From positions 24,836-88,835 of the forward strand of contig NW_004798010.1 in the NCBI RefSeq assembly GCF_000002075.1: a DNA stretch of 64,000 nt, written 5' to 3'. The translations under genes and the position numbers were made by a program. The notes below the pieces were generated by a model. The model saw only the letters and a list, made by a program, of their open reading frames with translations. It was not told the origin of the DNA and searched no databases. This DNA is from Aplysia californica. Taxonomy: Eukaryota. Positions 36,472-48,716 of the stretch are shown piece by piece; within the stretch, counting starts at the first letter, position 1, and each line of letters begins with the position of its first letter.

Positions 36472-37766
36472 GTGAGGATGGGTGGCTAGCAGGTGCTCTG
36501 CTGTGGTTTGCTCTTTCTTTTCTATAAAAAATCTATCGTCCTTATCTGTCCTCCTTCTTTTTTTGTGTTTGTTACTCTCTTGTATCACTTCTAATCTTCT
36601 GCATTTATATGACCTGATTGTGTTGCAAGCGCTGTAAAACTCTTAGTGAAATAAAAACATTGTAAAACTCTTAGTGAAATAAACACATTCAAGATAAGCC
36701 TTGGCACAAATACTCTCTCTTCGCTCTATTTTTTTTCTAATTTATTCCACAACAAGTTTAACACCAAAATGACGACTTTGAGAATGTTTGTGGGTGGTTG
36801 GCCGGTGTTCTGGTGTGTTGGATCTTTTCGCGCATGCTATATTTCAACTATAATGGAAGAAGTATCGATTTGGCATTCCGACTTGGGACATTCTCAAGAT
36901 CTACTTTTGCTTTTGTTACCACTCAGAATTCTCAGATGATGGCTTGATTACTGTTTCAATTGCTACATACAGACGATCAATGTTATTCATAGTTCAGCTG
37001 TTGCCTTCAAAACAAGCTTTGTCCAAGTTCTGGTTAGTCGGGCCCGTCATCAAGACCCATCTGTAAAACTGTTTCAATTGTGTGTTCGCATCATGTGACT
37101 TCAACGTGTGAGTGTGAGTTGCGCGTGTTTCAGGGACTGTCCTTTGACGAGGTCATCTTAAGTTTATACATACTGGGGGGGGGGGGGGTTTAGACTTGGA
37201 CTAGCAGTCCCTGATGTGATACTTCAGGATNNNNNNNNNNNNNNNNNNNNNNNNNNNNNNNNNNNNNNNNNNNNNNNNNNNNNNNNNNNNNNNNNNNNNN
37301 NNNNNNNNNNNNNNNNNNNNNNNNNNNNNNNNNNNNNNNNNNNNNNNNNNNNNNNNNNNNNNNNNNNNNNNNNAAAGAGAGAGGGCATATACATGGATAA
37401 TATTTATGGACAACCCTGGAAATTTTAAAAGTAAATTTAGCAGTCATCTTGGTGATTTGTCGTTGATCCTGGGTTTTTTTCACCATATCCCGATTTTCCA
37501 CTCTGAGATCCTGGTTTCTGGATTTCATTGAGTGGCAGGTCTGCTTATTCTCCCATTTGTGAAACTCAAGCACTAGTCAATACTGGTAAAATGACTCACC
37601 ATGCTTTTTTTTTTTCAAAATGAAATAACGTAACTGTAATTTTGTGGTTTGTTTTTAACTGTTGTAAGCGCCATATTGTGTAGCGTAAGGGACTGTACTG
37701 CTGCATACTTTGCATTCACGTATTAACGTAAGAAGAAGAAGGAGAAGAAGAAGAAGAAGATCTATA

Positions 37767-38185
37767 TGTGTCATGACGTGGTGGAATCAGGCGCTCATCG
37801 ATTTTTGGGCATTTGGGGTTATTGGTATCGTCTTATTAAAGTCTGTTCATTTGCCTTGCTTTTTGCGAAAAAAATATCCGTGTTGAATGGAAGTCGGAGT
37901 AAGGAGGTCAGGGTTGCCTGGTTTCAGAGGTAAAATTAGTGAAAGAAATGGCCGCCAAAGCTTGGTAATTTCCATAGCCTGAGTGTCCCTGTAAACTTAA
38001 CAAATTTACATTGTTTGTTCCTTTAATCTAACTTTTTCCATAAAATCGACGCAGAAGTGTGTTTTTAAATGGACATAAAAGGTGTTGAGCCAAAAAAAGA
38101 AAATTAGAAAGAAATTGCCAAACTGCCAAAAAATGCCAATTTCTTTGATTTGAACTGTTTGAAGAGCGCCATATTTTGTCAGTGA
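37767..38185 (+). mobile_element. MITE family A, right end decayed
   Basis: TGTGTCATGACGTGGTGGAATCAGGCGCTC start; family core present. Confidence 0.8.
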
Positions 38186-38236
38186 GGGTGTAAAAAAAAA
38201 ACTCTTTTGAAAGAAATAAATAATTTTTTTCAACAG

Positions 38237-38338
38237 CCGACTGTTCTAACAAGGATGAAGTTGTTTCTAAGATGACCCAGCAGCTTCATGAGTCACTGCA
38301 ACAAGCTATCGCCCTGCAGAAAGCTCTGTTCACCAGCT
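38237..38338 (+). CDS. CCDC62: CCDC62 coiled-coil exon
   Basis: caacag|(A)DCSNKDEVVSKMTQQLHESLQQAIALQKALFTS T|gtaagt; phase 1 to 1. Confidence 0.88.
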
Positions 38339-38978
38339 GTAAGTCCACCTTGTCCCCTGCTTCATCTACCAGTCATGGGGGGGGGGGGGCAGTAAAAGAA
38401 ATAATAGGTCATAAGTTGTGTGGATAGGTGTAAAAACTGTTTGCCATCGGAGCAGTGACCATTTTAGAAATTTAAACAAAAGAAATGTTAAGTAAAAATT
38501 TTGTTTTAGCTGCCAATAAATCATACTATATTGTAACAGGTAAAGCGCTCTTTTAGAATGACGCATTAGAAACTTTAAAATTACTTTTGAAAATGCTCTC
38601 AGAATGCCAGTATTTAGAGTTTGTGCTCATTGACTCTGTATCTGTGGAGGGGGTTTTTCTCTCTGTGCTGGAGCCCTCTTTTGGTACAAAACCTGAAAGT
38701 GACAAACACATCACTGAATTGTTTATTTAACTTTTAAAAATACCTGTTGTGATATGAAAGAACTCTGGTATGAGACCTGTTTTTGTCAGTTGCTGAGAAT
38801 AACTATTACGTCGTCGTCAAGGTAAGGAATTTGACCAAGTCATTGCCAGAGGCTCACCAGCACAGCGGTTTCGACCACTGGGAGCAGTTGCTGGAGGTAG
38901 AGAGTTAAAAAGCCTATTATCAAGAGAGTTAAGAGATGGGCTGATGGTGTGCTCAGGATGAACCATCTCTTTGTGCAG

Positions 38979-39067
38979 GTGAGCGTGAGAAGTGCAAAGA
39001 AGAAGTGCTCTACTCCATGCGCAAACAGCAGAAGCGAACGATGCAGGAGCTGGCTAGCTTGCGACAG
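38979..39067 (+). CDS. CCDC62: CCDC62 coiled-coil exon
   Basis: gtgcag|(C)EREKCKEEVLYSMRKQQKRTMQELASLRQ|gtatgt; compare human EREKRKDELL..KSKQERTNSELHNLRQ. Confidence 0.92.
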
Positions 39068-39306
39068 GTATGTGTGGTGGGACATTGAAAAAATTCTCCT
39101 TTGGTTGTTTTTGTTGTGTTTTGGGTTTTTTTTTTGGAGGGGGTTGATTTTTTTTGGGTCTTTTTTTGTTGTTATTTATGAGTTAAAATTTTTTGTTTTG
39201 TTTACGTTGGAGCTTATGATCATCCTAGACGGAGATCAGTTGTTGTTAAACATTTTTAAAAGATGCTTTTGTACTGAAGGGTGTCTTTCCAAAGTATCAT
39301 GAATGT

Positions 39307-39480
39307 GGGTGGTTGGCAGGTGCTCTGGTGTGGTTTGCTCCTTCTTTCCTATCAAACATCTATTGCCCTGATCTCTCTTCCTTTTTTGTATTTGTTACTA
39401 CTCTTTTGTAACATCTCTAATCTTCGGCACTTATATGACCTTATTGTGTTGCAAGTGCTGTAAAACTCTTACTAAAACTA
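39307..39480 (+). mobile_element. SINE family B
   Basis: 16-bp TSD AAAGTAT(C/G)ATGAATGT at 39291 and 39481. Confidence 0.88.
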
Positions 39481-40121
39481 AAAGTATGATGAATGTATTT
39501 AGCATAACCTGCATCTCTGCTCATCTCAACCTATTCCTGGGACGACCTGTGAATGAGCCACATGCGAGACGGTGCAGTGTTTTCTGTGGCTTGCCGCAGT
39601 GTTTTTTGTTTTTGTCAAGGTTTTGAGTAATTGAAAACAACTCCCTATTAAAAGCTGTAGGATAAACGTTTAAAAAATATGAACCCGTATATTGTATGAA
39701 TATGTACCTTTCCTTCATCTGTCTGTAAGTTTGAGAATTTTTGACATATTTACAAATAGATTTTCATAAAAGTATGTTTGCCTTTTTAACCACTAAAGAC
39801 TTGAGCTAGGATACCAGGTCAGGGTGCCGTGTTCGCTTAAAAACGAAATTGTTTTGACAGTGCTGTTCAGGAAATACTTAAGATAACTGGATAAAGTTTG
39901 AAACGTGGGTGACTTCAGTAGCCCAGTTGTTAGGCTACTGTTAACTGTAATTGTGAGATGACCAGGTTTGGGGTTCAACCCTCAGCTCGGTCCTATATAG
40001 TGTCCTTGAGGAAGGCACTTTATAAATACAAATTTTATATTTGGCTGGGTCCTTTTGGATGGAGATGAACATTAAACTCGGAGGGCCTGATAGCGTTGAT
40101 AGGTATGTTAAACCTACACAA

Positions 40122-40262
40122 TTTCACATTTTCACATTTTCAACACCTTTTCACATTTGAAATACCATTTCACATTTTCACATTTGAAATATCAGTTCTC
40201 ATTTTAAAATTTGAAATACCATTTCACATTTTCACATTTGAAATACCATTTCACATTTTCGC
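40122..40262. repeat. ~27-bp tandem repeat just upstream of the 40293 acceptor
   Basis: TTCACATTTGAAATACCATTTCACATT units. Confidence 0.85.
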
Positions 40263-40292
40263 ATTAGAAAGACATGGCTTTTTTTTTTGTAG

Positions 40293-40450
40293 CTGTATGA
40301 TCGACAAAACAAGGACTTGACTCTGTACCACCTGAGCGTCCAGGAAAAGGAAAACTGGCGGATACAGGAAAGAGACCGGGAGCGCTGCCGGTCACTGGAG
40401 AAGACGCCCTCATCTACAGGCAACAAAGAGGAGGAGGACAAGAACATGAG
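40293..40450 (+). CDS. CCDC62: CCDC62 exon
   Basis: ttgtag|LYDRQNKDLTLYHLSVQEKENW...EDKNM AG|gtaatt; compare human IYVKQQSDLQFLNFNV. Confidence 0.88.
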
Positions 40451-40928
40451 GTAATTTTTATACTTTTCTTCATGCCTCGACGTCCATCAGTCACAGTCGC
40501 AGGTGGCCATGGGTCTGGGCCTGGCAGAGTTTTTAAAATCTCTTTCTTTACGCAAGGGATTTCACAAGTTTTACACCCAATTTGAGGAGGTGAAGGGTGT
40601 TGCTTTAAAACCATTATATTTCAATCATATATTGGTGGATTTTTTGGTGTGAGCACTCAAATTATTCGTAACTGGACAGAGCGTCACAATATGGGTGAAA
40701 TAGGTAATAAATGTAGCACACAACCAGGTGTAGATCTTGGTGTTGACGAAAGTGGTTCCCCTAAAACACCACTTAAGTAACGATCCTTTAAAAGGCTGAA
40801 CCGAAAAATGCTACTTAAGTGACGATCCAAAATCAGAGTCAAGTTGATGTTTGACAAATTCACCTCTCAGAAGCTGTAAAATAATTCTTTCAATTTATTG
40901 TTCTTTGGTTTTTACTTACTCCTGACAG

Positions 40929-41252
40929 CCATCGCTTCCGGTCGCAGAGCGAGTTGAAGTTTCCCGTCTCCGGCTCCAGTTTCCTGCTTAAGGAGGTAAA
41001 GAGGAAGCCCTCCTCCTCGCCACCTGCAACGGAGTCGGCTGAGTGTGATGAGAGTGACGGCAAAGCCATTGTCACCGACTCCAGCAGACGGGAGGGCTGC
41101 GCTAGTACATTGGAGGTCTCTCGCAAAAGTTCCGGGCCGGAAAGTAGGTCACGGGCTCGTCGTCGGCCCCACCGTGTCAAGTCCTGTAATGCGGCCACCA
41201 GCACCAGCGACATGACTGATGGCTCTCAGTGCGACTGCGATTCGAGTCAGAG
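40929..41252 (+). CDS. CCDC62: CCDC62-like Ser/Arg-rich exon
   Basis: gacag|(S)HRFRSQSELKFPVSG...DCDSSQ AG|gtcagt; phase 2 to 2. Confidence 0.82.
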
Positions 41253-41661
41253 GTCAGTGTGGGTGGTTGGTGGGTTCTGTGATGTGGTTTACTCTTTTTT
41301 TTTCCCCATCAAACATCTATCTTCCGTATCCCTCCTTTTTTTGTATACCTCCTTTTTTTGTGTATCACTGTCTTGTAACACCTAAAATCTTTGGTACTTG
41401 TATATGACCTATTTGTTTTGCAAATGCCATAAAACTATTACTTAAACCTCAACATTTTGTAGCTGTCTTGGACAATTTGGACTATGTTAAGATAAGTAAG
41501 TGTACTTTTTTTCATCTTCCTTAAGAGGAAAAGCACTTTCTGGTTTCACCAGTTTTTACAACACAAGGTATTGTTTATTATGACAGAACAGAATAGTGAA
41601 GATAATAATGGTGTTATTTAATGATTATGAGGTGGATGTCGTTTTTTAATGTGTACACAAG

Positions 41662-41914
41662 GTCAAGGTCAAAGTCCATTTCTCCGGAGCTAACTACGAA
41701 CATGAATGCCAAAACAACTCTGTCGCCAAAGTCCCAGTCTACTCACAGTACCTTGGTGGAGGACAGGTCCAGGACAACTTCAAACAACAGCTGCAAACAC
41801 AGCGAAGGCCCCTCTCAAACGAGCCCGTCCCAGCACTTAGAGGGCAGGAGGTCCTCGTTGTCCCCCATGGGGTCACAGCAGTCCAGCCCAAGATCTTCTC
41901 AGTCCAAGAGGATG
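41662..41914 (+). CDS. CCDC62: CCDC62-like Ser/Pro-rich exon
   Basis: AAG acceptor (an in-frame alternative lies 6 nt downstream); (R)SRSKSISPEL...SSQSKRM|gtcagt; restores phase 2 to 0. Confidence 0.75.
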
Positions 41915-42576
41915 GTCAGTATTTATAATAATCTGTTATTTTTAGAGGTGTTGACCAGCGTCAGGGGGTATAGCGATTCTAGGCGCTTCACTGGCGCACG
42001 CATGAGACCCGTCTGGGATTCACGAGAGAGGAGTTTTATTAAGTATTTCATTCTTTCTGCTGGATTGTTGTATCCTTCTAAGCCCAGGTTGGCCCTGATC
42101 CAAAATGATCTAAATTGTGTGGATGGGGGCGTAAAAACACCTTCATAAAAATAAGGTGATGCTCACTGATTTCTCAGACATGGATTGTTAAGTGGACACC
42201 TGATCTGATATTTTTAAAAAATGGGGCCTGTAGTTAAGGGATAAAGCTCTTTGCTGTCCATGTGAATGGTGAGAGTTTGCTTTGCTGGCAGAAACTGGAA
42301 ACGAAAGCAGATGACAGAACATGGTTAGAGAGCAGGAAGGGAGGTGAAAGGAGAAAATATTACAGAAGAAAATTTTCCGTCACTGTCAGGTTATGAACTC
42401 AGGATGTATTGAATGAGAGATGAACACCGTACCTCTAGACCACAAGAGCCCCCCCCCCCCTCCCTCTGTTGTCTCTGTCTGCCTGTCTTTTGCCTTATTC
42501 TGAAATGCCTGTATTTGTGTTAATGTACATCTCATATAAGGGAAAAAAAAAGACCATCTGTGACCTCTGCCTACAG

Positions 42577-42757
42577 ATGTCAGACGACGTTGACAGATGG
42601 AAGAAAAGGCGACAAGAAAAGGTCAAGAAGCGGTTAGAGTCGAGGGGGATGCTGGACGACTCTTCCGAAATGAGCCAGCTCTCATCACCAGAGAGGCGGT
42701 TGGACGATGATTTTGCTCCGGCCGACAGCGACGGGATGTGCCCCGAGCTGAAGAGAG
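42577..42757 (+). CDS. CCDC62: CCDC62-like exon (basic, NLS-like KKRRQEKVKKR)
   Basis: ctacag|MSDDVDRWKKRRQEKVKKRLES...PELKR G|gtgagt. Confidence 0.85.
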
Positions 42758-43574
42758 GTGAGTCGTAAGCAGGTGGTCACAGGATGACAGTGGTGGGTCC
42801 TAAGTGTGTGTACTTCGAGAAAGGTCCCAGTTGTCGACAAAGCTCTTTTTTAGCAATGGGGTGAAAAAGCCAAAAAAGTCCTACCAGGTAGAAAATTTTG
42901 TTCTATCAGAAAACACACATTTAGCCTTTTCTTAATAACATATTGAAAGGATTTTATATTTTAAGCCTCTATATTTTTCATTAGTTATATATATCTGTTG
43001 GAAATTGGGTCAACATGATACGGTTAAAGCCATTTATCTTCAAACTTTGTTTTTACACCCTGTGTTTAAAAATGTAGCATATATTTGAAACTGCTCCAAA
43101 AAAAATTGAAAAATTTGCAACAAGAATATGCCCTTATTTTAATGTCCAAAATTTCCGACAACTGGGACCTTTCTCCAGACACACTTATCTGTTTCTTTAC
43201 TGTGCCCCTGTTTTTTCTGTCACTCTTGTTTGTTTGTTTTTTCTCAGCTGTAGATTACTGTAGATCCCACTTTACTGTTATTAACTGTTTTTGTCTTTCT
43301 GTCTTTATTTATGGAGCCTTTAATGACTACTGTTTTGTTGATTTGTTTCTATTCATTTCCAGTGTCTTTTTATGGTCTTTCTCTGGGGCAATAAAAAAAT
43401 TTTTGTGATTTTAGAGAATATTGGTGTCCATGTAAGAATCATAGAATGTGTATGCTTATTCAAATAACAAAGAAACTAGAAGTTTAATCATCATTTAAAG
43501 CACACATGCTGAGACCTCTGGAAGATGATGATGATGATGATGATAATCAAACTCCCTTTCTTTCTCTGCCACAG

Positions 43575-46500
43575 ATTTAGGTTCCCTGGGTGGAAATAAA
43601 CATACAGCCTGCTCAGACTTGTTCAAGAAGAGTGCTATCGCTGCTCGGAAACACTTCTTGTCAAAAATGCCTGCCAGTCTAGAGCCCAGCTCCAACAGGT
43701 CGAGTTTCCTTCGTAAAGAGACTGTAGCCAGCCTGGCTTCCTCTGGTGCTGATGATGAAACTACGCCTCCAGCCCAAGCCGTGGTAAAACTTGTTCAAAA
43801 GGACACAAAAAGTCCCATAAGAGAGTTCTGTGCCAAGGCTTCTTCATGTAGTGGTGAAGATGAAAATGGAAAAAGCCTTGAAGATGGATGGGTTGATGGT
43901 GTCATTCGTTTCACACGTGTGAGTAATGATTTTGGTGCTGAAGCTCGGTCGATTGGGGCAAGACATGTGAAGGGAAATGGTCAGACGGTAATCGTTTTGC
44001 AGGCTGGAGAGGCTCAGGAGACGGTTCAAGAGATTCCATCGGAGTGCCATGTTGGCTGTGATTCGATAGATCGTGTGTGGAGGGCTACTAGGGAAGAGTG
44101 TGAGAGACCACGAGAAGAGAAGAAGTCGGCAGCTTCCACACCGGGAAACAACCAGTCGGGTAACAGTGAAAACCTCGGCAAGAGTCGACTTCAGTCGGGG
44201 TCAAAGCCGAAAGTGACATTCAAGAATGACGATCCCAATAAGCCATTCTCATCCTCTGAGCGAGGGAGGAGTGTCGTATCAGATCACAGTGAGTCGGAGG
44301 AGTGGTCAGCTTGTAGGACCACGTTGGGCGATGGGCTTAACAATAACCAGGGACAACCCTCTGAGAGGACTTCGGCGCATGGCCAAGTAGAGAAAGTATG
44401 TATCACCAATAGTGTGGCGAACAAAGGGCAGCTTCCAAACTCTGTTGATGATTATTTGGCACAGACTAAATCATCAGTTCCCGAAGTCTACTTCAGTAGC
44501 AGACCTGGTCAGAGAATCTCAAACTCGATTCATACTGATGAGAATACCTCAAACCGTGGTCACAGAAAACAACAGAGCAGAGAAGGAGATCCTGAGGTGA
44601 GTTCGCAAAGGGGAGGGCCTGCTCTGAAGAATTCTTCCTTAAGCCTTCTTAAAGAGAAGACAAAATGTCTGAGGTTCAACGATACAGAGGGAGAGCTGGT
44701 GAGGGAGAGAAATTCACCCTCCTTATCCTGCTCCCCCGCCTCCAGTTGCAGTAACGGCAGCAACTCTCGTTCACGGCGGGCAAAATCCTCTAGCGAAACG
44801 CCGGTTGGCGACAAGGCTGAGCTCACACCCCAACAGGTCTCCAGCAAGGAGCAACAGAAACATCACCGACCAGTGCACAGAGACAGGGGGGCGGACATAG
44901 TGTCATCTAGTGTAGGACTACAGGGGCCAGACTCTGAGGACAGCACTAACGAGGACTTGAGCAGTAGAGGTAAGGGAAGTTGGTCAAGCAGTAATAAAAG
45001 CAGCGTTGTTGAGAGTTCAATCAAGCAGAGGCCTTACTTCTATGTGGAGGCGTCATCGTCTGACACAAAGTCGAGTCGCGACAAGAACCGTAGTGCGAAG
45101 GAAAGCTCGGAGCGCTCGAATAAGGAACGATTTGGCAGAGTGTCGGATCTGACCATGAAGGAAAAACCTTTCTGTTCTGTCCGAGGACCATCTCTGTACC
45201 AGCAGCTATCTAAGATCCACTACTGTGAGAAGACTCGGCGCTATGAATGGACGGCCCCAGCTGATCAGAAGCCGGATGCTCAAGATAGTGGAAGGGAAGA
45301 GAACAAGAGTAACAATTGTTCTGGTGAGTGCAGTGTAAGTCTTCGAGATGATGAGCCCACCACGGTGTCTAGAGATGACCTAGTCTCTGTAAGGCACAGT
45401 TTGGCTGAGGTGACGAATGTCAAAGAGCACTGCTCCAATGAGTTTGATGTTGTCGAAGGTTCTGTTCTCAAGTTCAACACAAACAGCAGTAAAAAATATC
45501 AAGATATGCCAAGTGTTAGTCCTGTGGCACCAACCTTGAGCCATAAGTCAGCCCACGATTCTGTAAGTTCCACTGTCCCGGGCCCTACCCAGCTGTTGAT
45601 GGATGCTGAAGATGATGTCTGGCACTCATGCGACTCGGCCATTGAGAGTAGGATGGTTGATGATATAATGAACGTCTGTGATGCCAGCGACTTCCTGGAG
45701 AAGCCGAGTTTCCTGTCGCCTGTCGCAGGTGCTGTGAGTGGTGGGGAGCACAAGCACCACAGTGCCAAACACTTGGGAGCTCTGGAGCCTGTGGTGAAGA
45801 GACTGGACTTCAGTGCAACATTTGATGAAGAAGAGGAGTCCTGTTCTGTCCAAAATCCTGTCAAATTGTCAAAGCAAAGTGACAAATTGTCTCCTCTTGA
45901 TTCGCAAGGGAAGTTGTTTCACGAACTTGGGGAATTATCTTCTGTGGATAGGACCATGAGACTTTCAAATGGACTCGATAAATTGTCTGCCTTAGGTACT
46001 CCGGAAAAGTTTTCTGAAGAACAGAATGATTTGTCTTTTAAAGAAGGGCCTGTGAAAAGGTTTTCAGAGCCCAATAAGTCACCTTCAGTGGAAGGGCCTG
46101 TGAAGTTGCCTAGTCAAACTGGTAATATATCTTCCCAGCATGTCTCTGGCAAGTTGTGTCAATGTCCTGACGTGTTGCCGTGTGTGCACTCGGGCTGTGA
46201 GTTGGAACCTGTCAGAGACACGGCATCTCCAGACATGATGATACCTATGTCTGTCGGGGAGGCAGAGGCACAACTCTGTGATCACATCAGTACTCCTATT
46301 GATGGAGTGGCTGTGAAGATGGTCAACGGTGAAAGTAATTTATCTCAGAAAATAGAAGATACCCCTCTAGATGTTCCTTCTCATATTAACGGCCAACTAC
46401 AGCATGCGAGTGTGAGGAAATTTCATGAAGATGTTTCTGAAGTCAGTGTCGTGGAAGACTTTCAAGATATAGGATTGAACTGTGATGTATTAACGAAGGA

Positions 46501-46822
46501 AAAGGCCGCAAGTGTGCTCGAGAGAAGTGAGCTAATTCAGGCCCAGACCCTCAAACTCCTGCAGTTCACCTCAACAGAGTTCATGTCGTTTGACATTCCT
46601 GAACAGGATCTACTCTCGGGTAAAGAAGTCAGGACACCATCAGGAAAAGAGTCGCCGCACCACAGCAAAAGTCATGAACTGGGAGAGACCTCCTTGACAG
46701 GCAAGTGGTCATCAGCGGGGTCCTCAGATGTCCATGAGAGGTCTGATGGTGAGGTGATGGTTGACCAGTTTGAAGAGCGACTCTCGTCCTTTCTTGAGGA
46801 ACCATCAGAAGAAGATCAGAGT
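43575..46822 (+). CDS. CCDC62: CCDC62-like giant 3,248-nt exon, Ser-rich and predicted disordered
   Basis: ccacag|AT TTA GGT... is in frame with the 1070-aa ORF (43619-46831) and ends AGT|gtaagt; phase 1 to 0 matches both flanking exons. Confidence 0.88.
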
Positions 46823-46874
46823 GTAAGTTGAACAAGGTTTATCTTTCTCTATTTGGGCTTGTGAACAATACAAT

Positions 46875-47028
46875 ATGGATAGTTGGCAGATGCTCTGGTA
46901 GGGCTTGCTCCTTCTTTCCTATCAAACAACTATAGTCTTTGTCTCTTCTTCTTTTTTGTGTTTGTTATTCTCTAATCTTCTGCACTTATGTGACCTAATT
47001 GTGTTACTTACTAAAGCACTTACTAAAA
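46875..47028 (+). mobile_element. SINE family B
   Basis: 13-bp TSD TGAACAATACAAT at 46862 and 47029. Confidence 0.82.
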
Positions 47029-47047
47029 TGAACAATACAATCATTAA

Positions 47048-47349
47048 CTCTTTAAGCCCTGAGTTTTTTCTACCGTTTCCCTGAGTTTTTTCCTGCAGTT
47101 ACCTAGAAGAAGTGTAGTGCACTATGTCTCTTTATAACCCCTAAAGCTTGCCTCCAACTTCTAAATAGCGGAAACAAAAAGCTCAGTCGTTACTAAAAAA
47201 CTTGGTTCAGGAATAGTATAGAAAAACAAGCAAAAACTAGGACTAAATAAAACAAAACAGTTGTCACTAGTACTGGACGCTCCCAGCGACTGATGGGGAA
47301 CAGGGCTATTACGGCCGGACACCCCCAGTGCCTGATGGGGTTCAAAGAG
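47048..47349. mobile_element. TTAA-flanked (piggyBac-like) MITE
   Basis: TTAA|CTCTTTAAGCCC ... GGGTTCAAAGAG|TTAA. Confidence 0.7.
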
Positions 47350-47974
47350 TTAAAGAAAGGGGCTCTGTACCAGAAGAAGTTTCAGTGAGTTGTATGTTTT
47401 GTGATCCTGGTCCAGTTTCTTATTCTTCTGCAAACAAATCAATTTGACTGGAAATCTTTTTTAAACTTAATGAGAAAACTGCTTTTATAAAGAGTGTAGA
47501 AAAGTAGGCCTACTTAAAGCAGAAATCTTGAGTTTCATTATTTGGAATCATCACTGTCTTTTATCATTGTCGTATTGTCAAAGTTTGAGGTTTCTGGGAG
47601 ATGCAAAAAACATGTATTTCAGGCAGGAAATGATCTAATACAAAATGTTCGATTCATCCACATCAGTTACACTTTTATAAAGAAGAATGAGACTTTGACC
47701 AATCAAAGATCCCCATCAAACTCTACATCTTGTTTGAATGTAATTTCTTTAAACTTTTTTGACACCTTACTATGTTGAATGACGATGACATAGCTGAAAA
47801 ACCTATGATTCAATTAGTTCCTGTTGTTTTTTTCCTTTTATCAAGTATCATTTTCAATTTTTTTCCCCTTCTTTTTTCTCTTTATTATTTATTGCCTTTC
47901 TTTGCATTAGTTCTGTAGTTTGCACGTTAAAGAGTAAGTTGTTGTAGCTAATGACTGATCATTCATCCATCCAG

Positions 47975-48088
47975 CCCCATTTCCCCATGTCGCCTGCTAC
48001 AAAGCTTCACAGACTCCTGCTGGAATCACAGGAGATGATCCTTTGCCTCGAGCGCTCCTCCGCTGTGCCAAAGTCTCTTAGGTCTAAG
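47975..48088 (+). CDS. CCDC62: CCDC62 conserved C-terminal exon
   Basis: ccag|PHFPMSPATKLHRLLLESQEMILCLERSSAVPKSLRSK|gtaata; resembles the human CCDC62 C-terminal SPTSKLQRLLAESRQMV motif (recalled). Confidence 0.88.
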
Positions 48089-48254
48089 GTAATAATTATA
48101 TTAATAATAATGATAATGATAATCATCATCATCATCATCATCATCGTCATCATAATTGTAATATTGATAAAAGTAATAATACATGTAATAATGATAATAA
48201 AATTAATAATGATAATTAAACTAATAATGATAATAAATAATGATAATAATAGTA

Positions 48255-48575
48255 GTTGCATTTTTATCAAGCATATCCACGCTCTACAACATTCTCTTTG
48301 CAACCATTACTACCCCATCAGGCCCTAGAATGCTCAAAATCATTCTCGGCTTCCCGGGAAGCACACAGTGCAAGCTGCAGATTGCACCTGTCCAAACACT
48401 AATAAACTGGCAAGACCTTTTGCTTTCTGTCTCTGGATACCCATTTCCACCTTGGTAAAGTGAGAACAGTTCTTGTAAAGTCACTTTCCTAAGGACACAA
48501 TGTTTGGCTACACTGATGGGATTGGAACCCCCAATTTTACGGTTGCAAGCCAGAGAGCCTAACCACTTGACCACG
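48255..48575 (-). mobile_element. tRNA-derived SINE family D. Others: 33514-33612, 52713-53038 (minus), 60115-60230 (minus).
   Basis: GTGGTTAGGCTCT..GGTTC head, GTGTCCTT.GGAAAG core, (TAT)n tail. Confidence 0.78.
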
Positions 48576-48716
48576 GACTTTATGTGAGTTTGCCGAACAG
48601 GGTTGGTGTGTCCTGTAGTGTAAGGATTTGTCTCCACTTTGTTAGAAAACTCTATCCTTGACCTTTTACTGTTGAAGACTTCATTTTTCAGTTCATTTTT
48701 TTCCCTGTATAAAGTT

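Noticed and set aside
43619-46831. Standalone 1070-aa gene or transposon ORF
   Set aside because: The ORF starts at TTG inside an exon with a good acceptor (43575) and donor (46822) in phase with the CCDC62 exons, and shows no RT or transposase motifs.
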